From the NCBI GenBank assembly GCA_951406725.2, contig OX597819.1:114328001-114392000 (forward strand): a DNA stretch of 64,000 nt. Reading direction: 5' to 3'. The stretch's first letter is position 1, and each line of letters starts with the position of its first letter. Shown in pieces: positions 1-10,625 of this stretch. Below the pieces are notes generated by a model. That model was not told the DNA's origin and did not search any database. It saw only the letters and a list, made by a program, of their open reading frames with translations. The position numbers were made by a program, and so were the translations under genes. The stretch is from Octopus vulgaris. Lineage: Eukaryota.

Positions 1-496
1 CCTTGCAAATTATTTGGTGACCTTGTTGGCGCTACCTAAAAAGCAGTCTGTAAAGTGGTTTAAGTCGGGAAGAGTATCTAGCTGTAGAAACTATGCCAAA
101 GCAAGCAAGTAGAGTTTGGTGCAGTCTTCTGGTTTTCCAGCTCCTGTCAAACCACCCAACACATACCGGCATGGAAAACAGATGTTAATAGTGATGGTAA
201 TGATGAAAATGTGATTTGGTATTATTTCTATGATAATAATGCTGATTAAAATTTCATTCATGTGGGAGATGCAAAATTAAATGGGGTAGATTTCATACCT
301 TTCTCATGAATTTGATGAGTGAGCAGTAAAGAATTGGGAATAGAAATTATTCTATAGACTTTAGATAGAAACTTACCCTTACTCAATAAGGATATCACCT
401 AATAAGGATACAAAATATATAGAGTTGTTGGCATCATTTCGTCTTGGGAGACAATGGAGTTGCGCATAAATTAATCAAGTCTGGTTTTTACATTTC

Positions 497-830
497 ATGT
501 CCTCTCCAGTTTCCTCTCCAGTTTTGCGCAGGCCTGGGCTAGATGTAAGAAAATCCTAGGTAGCCCAATCATCAGGATTCCTTCCTCGACCTTGCTGACG
601 TAGTCCAAAGGAGTGCAGAGCATTACATTTGGCACTAGCTTGGTTGCAGGAGCTGCCAGAAGAGTGTTGAGTCGAACACTAAACTGCCTACGGGGCTCCA
701 CTCAGGATTTCTTTGAAGGTTGTCTCCTTCTGTAACCCTGGATAGGGGCCCATACTGGGTGCTGCCAGCCTAAGCCAGCTGAGCCTGGGACTCACATCAG
801 ACAGGGTCATCACTCCCTGAAGTAGTGAAG
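497..830 (-). mobile_element. Probable RTE-type LINE 5'-UTR remnant
   Basis: GC-rich island whose minus strand (ggcagctcctgcaaccaagctagtgccaaatgta...cctttggactacgtc) resembles RTE/BovB-type 5' UTRs as I recall them. No credible ORF. Confidence 0.45.
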
Positions 831-2001
831 AAAATCGCTACCCACTACCTACATATAGAGTAAGGGTGTAGTCAATAAATAACTTGTGCTTATAGTATGA
901 AGGTAGATGGACTAATGGTTACAGTGTTGCGCCTACAAGATCATGGTTTCAGTTCCTGGACTGAGCACTGCATTGTGTTCTCAACCAAAATTTCATGTTG
1001 CTTCAGTCCAGCTAGAAATTAGTAACCCTGTGATAGACAGGTGTTGGAAATGTTATGACCACAGAAATGAGTAACTGGCCCTATGAGTCCTAGGTCTTGC
1101 CATAGTACTTACTCCTAGAGAGATGAACAGAAAGTTGAGTTTTGTGGGACTTGAACACAGCATGGTAAAGAGTCTTAAGTAAATGCTCTTTGGCATTTTC
1201 CCCAGTGCTTTACTGATCTACCATTCACCATTATAGGTTTGTCATTAAAGCAGTAATATTTTCTAAATTAGATACAATGCTACAAATATATTTTTATGAG
1301 TGACAGAAGCAGGTTGGTTGATTGAATTGCCTCCAGTAACTATTTTATAGACTCCAGAAGGATGAAAGCCCAAAACATCCTTGATGGGATAAAGGAATGT
1401 AACTATCTAAATACCACTGGAGATTTTGTTTAGCAGCTCTACTGATTCTGCTGTCAACCTTTGCCAACATTGCAACAATAGTATGTTTTCTAAAATAGTC
1501 ACAAGATTAAGTATTTCAACGGAATCATGGCTGATTAAATTCGTTTTGTTGGTTTATTCAGAGGAGATGAACATGTAGCAGCCATGAATATTTTGTGGCA
1601 CTCATCCACTTCCAAGACTTCTGGAGGGAGAGGTGAAGAACTATAACTCTAAGATTATCCTTTGACTTGCTGGAGCCCTGAACCAAATATTTGCAATCTG
1701 GTGGAATTTGATAAAGATAACCAAAATCAATGTAGTGGTGTTAAACTGGTTGAAGGATTAAATCTATTGAGTTATACTTATTTTGTGAGGCCTATGAAAA
1801 CTAGGCAAAATTAATTTCTGTGATTTAAATTCAAACTTTAGTCCTTTAGTACTTAAACCAGTTATATCCATCCCAAATATTCTATCTGTTTTATGTTCAA
1901 ACTGGTCATGTCAAGCTTCTCACACTTACTCTACAATGTCACTGTAAAAATAAACAACCACATCATCAAAATCTTGACGCTACAAGATGATGCATGATTA
2001 A

Positions 2002-2205
2002 CCCTTTCAATACCAACCCGGCTGAACTGCCTCTGGCTCTAGTACAAATGTTTTGTTTTTATAAGTTTTGAATTAAAATCTTCCACCAATTTATGCTCTT
2101 AACCCTAGCTGAATGATAACTAAGTTATTTTACTAAATACTTTGTTTTATTTAAAATTAATTGAAAGAAACAGAGCATCTCAAAATATATATGGTAACGA
2201 AAGGG
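2002..2205. mobile_element. piggyBac-like MITE nested in a related MITE (~1842-2257)
   Basis: TTAA|ccctttc...gaaaggg|TTAA. A second copy lies at ~56763-56984. The host MITE matches the uninterrupted copy at ~23081-23289. Confidence 0.75.
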
Positions 2206-2258
2206 TTAATCCAAAACAGTGTGAATAAATAAACATTACATCTGAATGCTAAAGGGTT

Positions 2259-4472
2259 AGAGGGACCAGCTATCCGAGTTGATAGTTCCGTGGTAGCTAA
2301 GGCAATTAGAAGCATGAAGACAGGGAAAGCCCCAGGCCCATCAGGAATCACTGCAGAGATGCTCAAAATGTCTGGTAGTGTCGGCTATAGCCTAGTCAAC
2401 CGTATAGTTAATCAGGTGATACACAAAGGAGTCATACCCAATGACTGGTGTAGCAGCATAATAGTCAACTGCTACAAAGGTAAAGGTGATGCCCTAGATA
2501 CAAATAACTACAGAGGTATCAAGCTGTTGGATCAGGTGATGAAGGTTACGGAGAGGGTCATAGCCCAACTAATTAGAGAGAGAGTTAGTTTAGATGAGAT
2601 GCAGTTTGGGTTTGTGCCAGGGAAAAGTACCACTGATGCTATATTCCTGGTAAGGCAGCTGCAGGAGAAATACCTCGCCAAAGATAAGCCCCTGTACCTG
2701 GCTTTTGTTGACATGGAGAAAGCCTTCGACAGGGTCCCCCGATCCCTTATCTGGTGGTCAATGAGGAAACTAGGGATAGATGAATGGTTAGTGAGAGCTG
2801 TGCGGGCCATGTATAGGGACGCTGCTAGTAAGGTGAGGGTTGGCAACGAGTACAGTGAAGAATTCCGGGTAGAGGTAGGGGTCCACCAAGGCTCAGTCCT
2901 CAGCCCCTCCTATTTATCATAGTCCTCCAGGCAATAACGGAGGAATTCAAGACAGGATGCCCTTGGGAGCTCCTCTATGCTGATGACCTTGCTCTAATTG
3001 CTGAGTTGCTATCAGAACTGGAGGAGAAGTTTCAGGTGTGGAAACAAGGATTAGAATCGAAGGGCCTTAGAGTCAATCTAGCTAAAACCAAAGTCGTAAT
3101 CAGTAGGAAGGTAGACAAATCACAAACGCCTTCAGGTAGATGGCCCTGCTCGATCTGTAGAAAAGGTGTAGGTAGAAACTCTATAAGATGCACTAAGTGT
3201 AAGCTATGGATACATAAGAGGTGCAGCAATGTCAAAGGAAGGCTAACTAGGAAGATGGTTTTTGTATGTGGCAGATGCTCAGGAACAATAAACACTGAAA
3301 ATGCTCTGAGACCAACTTCCGTCACTTTCCAGGGAGAAAAACTAGAAATAGTTGATAGTTTCCGTTACCTAGGTGACCAAGTCAGCAGTGGGGGCGGGTG
3401 TGCTGAAAGTGTAACTGCTAGAGTAAGAATAGCTTGGGCAAAATTCAGAGAGCTCTTACCTCTGCTGGTGACAAAAGGCCTCTCGCACAGAGTAAAAGGC
3501 AGACTGTATGATGCGTGTGTATGAACAGCCATGCTACATGGCAGTGAAACATGGGCCATGACTGCTGAGGATATGCATAAGCTCGCAAGAAATGAAGCCA
3601 GTATGCTCCGATGGATGTGTAATGTCAGTACTCATACTCGGCAGAGTGTAAGTACCTTGAGAGAAAACTGGACCTAAGAAGCATCAGTTGTGGTGTGCAA
3701 GAGAGACGTTTGCGCTGGTATGGTCATGTGGCGAGAATGGATGAAGATAGTTGTGTGAAAAAGTGCCACACCCTAGCGGTTGAGGGAACCTGCGGAAGAG
3801 GCAGACCCAGGAAAACCTGGGACGAGGTGGTGAAGCACGACCTCCGAACTTTAGGTCTCACTGAGGAAATGACTAGAGACCAAGACCTCTGGAAGTGTGC
3901 TGTGCGCGAGAAGACCTGGCAGGACAAGTGAGTCCATAACCTGTGGCCTCCTACATGGGATGGAGCCAGCCTACGTATGCATACCTTCCCTTCTTGGGAC
4001 ACAAAACTCTACTTGTTAAGACCTGTTGAGGCAAGTGAGGATCAGAGTCGAAATCGATCAATGGAAATTGCAGATGTGTTACCAGTGCCGGTGGCATGTA
4101 AGAGAACCATCCGTTTGCGACTGTTGCCAGCGCCGCCCCGACTGGCCTCGTGCCGGTGGCACGTAAAAAGCGCCATCCGTTCGTGTCCGTTGCCAGCCTC
4201 ACCTGGCCCCCGTGCCGGTGGCACATAAAAAGCACCATCCGTTCGTGGCCGTTTGCCAGCTCTGTCTGGCACCTGTGCGGGTGGCACGTAAAAAGCACCC
4301 ACTACACTCACGGAGTGGTTGGCGTTAGGAAGGGCATCCAGCCGTAGAAACACTGCCAGATCTGACTGGGCCTGATGAAGCCTTCTGGCTTCACAGACCC
4401 CAGTTGAACCGTCCAACCCATGCTAGCATGGAAAACGGACGCCAAACGATGATGATGATGATGATGATGATG
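2259..4472 (+). mobile_element. RTE-clade LINE, 5'-truncated young copy (RT, PHD-like finger, repeat-containing 3' UTR, (GAT)n tail)
   Basis: RT motifs [65 protein letters not shown]. Two 1-nt deletions relative to the second copy (~2905, ~3668), TGA at 3522-3524, (gat)n tail at ~4448-4472. Confidence 0.95.
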
Positions 4473-4851
4473 AAACACCACAAGGCATTTTGTCCAGGTC
4501 TACTGGTTTTATCAGCTACTGCCAACAATATCTTAATACTATTACCCCACCATTTGTAGAAATCCATTGTTGCAGTTATAAATAATGTTTCTGTTCTTGT
4601 AATGATAACTTAGTGGGAAAAAGTCATATTGTAAATGTGACTTTTGTTCATTCTATTGTGTAAATATTTAGGAGTTGCCTTAGGTTTTAAGAAAATTATA
4701 GAGGGTGTGTAATTTTTGGTGTTGCTTGTTAATAATGAATAGTAACTGTTTCAGGTAGCTGAGAAGGAAAACAAGTTGTTTTAAAAAGAAAGTAGGGCAT
4801 TTCTTTGTTTTTTCTGTATAGGTGAGAGTGGCTGGGAACATGTGCAAAAGC

Positions 4852-4853
<2 letters not shown>

Positions 4854-4886
<33 letters not shown>
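4854..4886. repeat. (GT)n microsatellite
   Basis: Perfect dinucleotide run. Confidence 0.95.
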
Positions 4887-4887
<1 letters not shown>

Positions 4888-5584
4888 TGCTGTGCATGCA
4901 TGCACACATACACTTGTAATGTATGAATATATTTCTACTTGAATATACTCACACCAATAAAAGAAACTGAGAGTTTTTAATAGCAGCTAATTCACCCTCA
5001 AATCACACTTTATCAACTGAAAAGAAAATGAAGTAGCCATGGTTGGAATGTCTTGATTGTAGATCTACCGATTCACAGCTGATTTGATGCTAACAGAAAC
5101 AAACAAAATATGTTAATGTTTATTGTAAATTTGAATACCTCATTATTTAATCTGATAATTATTAGGATTATTATGAGATGGCAGAATTGTTAGATCATGT
5201 GATATTTAGTCCCTTTTGAGTTCAAATCCTGCCTAGTTTGACTTTACCTTCATCCTTTCATCTAAAGTTTGAATTAAGTAAAAAAGGCGGATATGAATAG
5301 CCTCATGCCTAATTTACAAAAAAATTATATAGCTTAAAATTTTCTTCTAAATCCATTTGTTCATTAACACTGGTGGGATTATGAAAATCTTGAAACAGAC
5401 AAATTTTAGGAACACCATTGTTTCAAACTGAACATAAAGGACAAATAAATAAATATAAAAAATCCTTGATAAAAAAAAGTCAAACTTGAATACAGTCATG
5501 TCTGTAATACATGCACATGTATACATATGTGCATATGCTTTATATACATTCATGTCTATGTATGAATGTGTGTGTGTATATGTG

Positions 5585-5810
5585 CATCATCATCATTGTT
5601 TAACGTCCGTTTTCCATGCTAGCATGGGTTGAACGGTTTTGACTGAGGGCTGGCAACCAGATGGCTGCACCAGGCTCCAGTCTTGATCCGGCAGAGTTTC
5701 TGCAGCTTGATGCCCTTCCTAACACCAACAAATCCGAGAGTGTAGTGGGTGCTTTTTACGTGTCACCTGCACGGCTTTTTACATGCCATCTGCACGGATG
5801 TGCCACCTGC
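5585..5810 (-). mobile_element. Short RTE 3'-end fragment (similar ones at ~40-205, 7707-7855, 14878-15040, 17323-17467, 22658-22855, 25396-25640, 29578-29855, 36497-36772, 46902-47209)
   Basis: Shared core ggttggcgttaggaagggcatccagc..catgctagcatggaaaacggacgttaaacgatgatg, matching the 3' end of the RTE copies. Confidence 0.85.
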
Positions 5811-5847
5811 ATGGACATGCCACCTGCACGTATATGTAATATAAATA

Positions 5848-7678
5848 TCATCATCATCATCATTTAGTGTCCATTGTCCATGCTAGCATGGGTTGGACTG
5901 TTTGACCAGGGCTGGCAAGCTGAGGGGCTGCACCAGACTCCAGTCTGGTTTGGCATGGTTTCTATGGCTGGATGTCCTTCCTAATGCCAACCATTCTGAT
6001 AGTGTAATGGGTGCTTTTACGTGCCACCAGCATGGGTGCCATTTGTGTGACACTGGTATCTACCATGACTGCAATTTTACTTGGTTTGATGGGTCTTCTT
6101 CTCAAGCACAACAGAATGCCAAAGGTCTTGGTCATTGCCTCTGTAAGTTACAACACTTGAAAGGAGTTTTTCATGTGCCACCAGCATCTGCTACTTTGCC
6201 TCTGTGAGACCCAACACTCAAAAGATGCTTTTTATGAGCCACCAGCACAGGTACCAGTTACATGACACCAGCATCAGCCATGACTATGATTTCACTTGGC
6301 TTGACAGGTCTTCTCAAGCACAGCATATTGCCAATGGTTTTGGTTACTAGTCATTGCCTCTGTGAGGCCCGAAGTTCGAAGATCATGTTTCACCACTTCA
6401 TCCCATGTCTTCCTGGGTCTACCTCTATGGGTTCCCTCCACAGTTAGAGATCAGCACTTCTTTACACAGCTGTCCTTGTCCATATTCATCACATGACCAT
6501 ACCAGTGCAGTTGTCTCTCTTGTGCACCACATCTGATGCCTTTTATGTCCAACTTTTCTCTCAAGATGCTTATACTCTGTTGAACATGCACACTGACATT
6601 GCACATCCAGCAAAGCATACTGGCATCATTTCTTTCAAGCCTATGCATGTCCTTGGCTGTCACAGCCCATGTATCACTGCCATGTAGCATAGCTGTTCAC
6701 ACACAGATATCATACAATTTACCTTTCACTCTGAGGGAGAGGCCCTTTGTTGTCAGCAGAAGTGGGAGCTCCTGAACTTTGTCCAGCCTATTCTTATTTT
6801 CACAGCTATGCTCTTGGAGCATCCACCTCTGCTATTAACTTGCTCACCTACATAATGGAAGTTATCTACTACCTCTAGATTACCCAACTGGTAGTTGTTG
6901 GAGTCTATTTTTTGTAGTTTCGTTGTTTATTGTACTTGTGCATCTTCCACACACAAAAGCTATTTCCCTTGTTAACCTTTCTCTGATATTGCTGCACATT
7001 TTATGTGTCCAAAGCTTACACTGGGTACATCTTATGGAGTTTCTACCTGTGCTTTTTCTATAGATTGAGCAGGGCCATCTACCTGAAGGGATTTGTGATT
7101 TGTCTACCTTCCTACTTACTAAGACTTTGGTTTTTGCTAGGCCCTTCAATTCTAGACCTTGTTTCCATACCTAGAACTTCTTCTCTAGTTCTGGTAGTGA
7201 TTTAGTTATAAGAACAATGTCATCCGCATAGAGGAGCTCTTGGGGGTAGCCTGTCTTAAATTCCTCTCTTATTGCCTGGAGGACTATGATGAACAAGAGG
7301 GAGCTAAGGACTGATCCGTGGTGAACCCCTACATGTACCTGAATTCTTCACTGTACTCATTGCCAACCCTCACCTTACTTGTAGTGTTCCTGTACTTGGC
7401 TTGTACAGCTCTCACCAACCACTTGTCTATCCTTAGTTTCTACATTGACCACCAGATAAGGGATCAGGGGACTCTGTCAAAGGTTTTCTCCAAGTCAACA
7501 AATGCCAAGTAAAGAAGTTTATCTTTAGCTATGTCTTTCTCCTGCAGCTGCTTTACTAGAAATAAAGCATCAGTGGCACTTCTCCCTGTCACAAAACTAA
7601 ACTGTATCCCATCTAGACTCTCTCTCTAATTAGTTGGGTTATGACCCTCTACATAACTTTCATCACCTGATCCAACAA
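5848..7678 (-). mobile_element. Older degraded RTE LINE copy
   Basis: Minus-strand fragments MLHGSDTWAVT..., [26 protein letters not shown]..., the YADD region, and a (cat)n tail at ~5848. Many stops and frameshifts. Confidence 0.92.
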
Positions 7679-9136
7679 TTTGATACTATATATACTGTAT
7701 ATATACAAGTTGGTGTTAAGAAGGGCCTCCAGCTGTAAAAACCCTGCCAAAACAGACAATGAATCCTGGTGCAGTCTTCTGCTTAGCGAACTTCTGTCGA
7801 ACCATTCAACCCATGCCAGCATGGAAAAACGGACGTTAAATGATGCTGATGATGAAATAACAATTACAGCATGGAAAATATATTAGCCATTCAAAAACAC
7901 ACAAAGACTATCAACTTCACTTAAACATTTATAGTTTGGAACTGTGTCATTGACTGGGTCACAGTTGGTATGATAAGAATTTTGACATCATATAATAAAA
8001 GTGAAGTTAACAGTCTTTGTCTGCTTTTTACTGGCTTATATTTGTCTATTTGTCAAATGACTGAAACAAGTAAAAGAATATAAAATATATGCCCTTCCAT
8101 CATACTCTTACTCCTTTCATTTATCCATTCTGGTCCTTCTGATGTCACTACTTCTTTTCTATTCTTTTTATCCACCTCTACAAATGTATATACTTGACAT
8201 TATTTACTACACTTACTCTGACCTTTATGTTGTCATCACCCTCTCCTTTTGTCTCTCTCCTACTCCCCTCTGCAGTCTTCATGTCTTAGATTACTGTGTA
8301 TTCTCCACCTCCTGTGTTGGTACCACAACACACACCTTTCCACACTGTGCCTCCTGTTCAGTGATTGGAGAATGAGACAACCTCTCTAGTGCTGGTGCCA
8401 TAAAAAGAGCACTTAGTACTCACTGTAAAGTGGTTGCAAATGAGCAGAGAAAGTATAGGGTTGTGAGGTCCCTTAAGTGTTCCTCTAGTGTTGGTACCAT
8501 GAGAAAATGCTCCTCATATACTCTGTAAATGTTTGACAATAGGAAGGGCATCTGGCTGTAGGAACTAAGCCAAAATGACACGTATGAGCACCAGTCTATT
8601 GGAGCAATGGTTCCCATAGACTGATTACCTGTTCAATCCATGCTTGTATAGGAAGCAGGTGTAAAATGATAATGATATGTGTTTGACTGACTATTTCTGT
8701 GCTCCTAGATATCTGATTGGCTGAATAGGGGTAAGGAGAGGCTTACTAAACAACAACAACATCAGTCTGTGGGTATGTGAAACTGGCTATTGAAACCGGT
8801 TAATCTTGCTTTCATTGTTTTGATTATGGGTTGAGAAATGATTAAAATACTTTAAAACATATTTTTTTACATTAATTAAAAATGACACCATCAAACTATG
8901 GATTTTGTGACTATCTCTAAATGTTGCTATTTAAATATCTTTGGTGTTATTTTTCTCTCAATCTGTGAACAAGTGTATATTTCAATGTGCATGAAATTGG
9001 CAGGAGAAACAATAAATTTATTGTGACAAAATAAGTACTGCAGTCAGTTTGTTTGACTAAGCCCTTCAAGATGCTCCCTGAGGTTGGTCACAATTGAATG
9101 ACTAGAACCACTAAAAGACTGTAGACGGTGAAAAGT

Positions 9137-9680
9137 ATTGGGCCATCCCATAAATAATGCATTTTTTTTTATGCTTCTTTCATTTTTCAAAATTAAGATT
9201 AACAAACTCTAAAATATACTCTCCTTCATTCTCTACAATGCTCTTCCATCTATCTGGAAGACTTGCAAGGCCCTTCTTCTAAAATTCACTTGGACGTGAT
9301 GGAAACTACTCCTCCAGTACTGTTCTGACCTCGTCTACAGAATTCATATATTTTCTGTCCAAATGATTTTGAAGACTGCAGAATAAATGATAATCGAATG
9401 GGGCAATGTTCAGCAAATATTGTGGGTGGGGCATCGTTTCCCATTTAAAGTACTCCAGACTTTAGAATGTCATCCTCGTTGTATGTAGCTGAGCATTATC
9501 CTGATGGAAGAACACCTTTCGTCTTGAAACCAATGATGGTCATTTTTCTTCTAGTGCTGACTTCAGTAGATCTCCTTTGTTATTGTTTGGTTTGGGTTTA
9601 AAAGTTCAAAGAGGACCAAACCTTTCATATCCCACCAAACAGATAACAACATATGTGGGTGAAGACCGTCTTTAGCCCAG
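9137..9680 (-). mobile_element. Mariner transposon remnant (3' part of transposase plus terminus)
   Basis: Minus translation W.TMPHPQYLLNIAPFDYHLFCSLQNHL matches the mariner HPPYSPDLAPSDYHLF motif. TIR-like end tattgggccatcccataaataatgc. Confidence 0.8.
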
Positions 9681-10110
9681 GGTGCTGGTGTTTCTCCTTT
9701 CCCTACCTACTGTCTTTGGTGCTTGACAGTTTTGTAGAGAACCTATTTCTTGTCACTAATCAAAGCCTTGTGAATGAATTTGGTAGATGGAAACTGAAAG
9801 AAACCCATTATATATATATATTTTTTTCTCATAAGGTATTGGAATCTTATATATATATACCATTCTGCCTAAAAAATGGATCTACAAATTCAATATCCCT
9901 ATATATCTCACATCTATTTTTTTTCTTCCACCTCACTCTCTATTTTGTATCCTATCTAAATTAATTATTACTTAACCATCCTCTCCCACCATCTCCGATG
10001 AAGGGATATAATTAATAAATATCCTGGAAACAGCTGTAAGACCTTCTATCTATAAATGTTCTAATATCTACACAGCCTTGGTTTTTTTTTATCTCACTAT
10101 GCAAAAAATT

Positions 10111-10144
<34 letters not shown>

Positions 10145-10514
10145 GTGTGTGTCTTTGTGTTTGTTATTACTCCCACCACCACTTGACGACCTGTGTTGGT
10201 TTGTTTACATCCCCATAACTTAGTAGATCAATAAAAGAGACTGATAGAGTAATTACCAGGCTCAAAAAGAAAATAAGTATTGGAGTGGGTTTGCTTGAGT
10301 AAACTTTTCAAGGCAATGCTCCAGCATGGCTGCAGTCCAATGATTGAAACAAGTAAAAGATTTTAAAAAAACCCAATTACTCAGATAAACTTGATATTCT
10401 GTAATTGTATACTGTGCAGGGGCTTATCATGTTTGACCACAAGTTACCCTGTTGCTAATGCAACATTCTTGCACTCTTTGATTTTGGTTTCTGTTTCTCT
10501 GTTTCCTTTTCCAG

Positions 10515-10625
10515 GTTCCAATCGAGTATAATTTCCAGTTTGATGTTGATGATGAAGCGTTAGTGGTGGAGGCCAGCTTTGTTCCTCTTACACCTTCTAC
10601 CATGAAGAAGATTATTGAGGAAGGT
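10515..10625 (+). CDS. SELENON: SELENON exon (first visible): [37 protein letters not shown]
   Basis: Polypyrimidine tract + ccag acceptor, gtaagt donor. Resembles vertebrate SelN EETLTIEARFQPLLPETMTK. Confidence 0.85.

Noticed and set aside
1562-1790. Possible upstream SELENON EF-hand exon (EFDKDNQNQCS)
   Set aside because: Stops in all frames after the nearest AG, no EF-hand consensus at positions 5, 6 and 12, and no resemblance to SelN LDTDGDMYISPEEF.
4368-4400. Hammerhead in the RTE 3' end (cctgatgaagccttctggct)
   Set aside because: No GAAA follows the stem, and other family copies read cctggtgcagcc, so CTGATGA is incidental.
3951-4416. ORFs such as [10 protein letters not shown]... / MLFTCH... 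recurring at 18767, 36548 and 46953
   Set aside because: Antisense or alternative frames of the GC-rich RTE 3' UTR, not genes.
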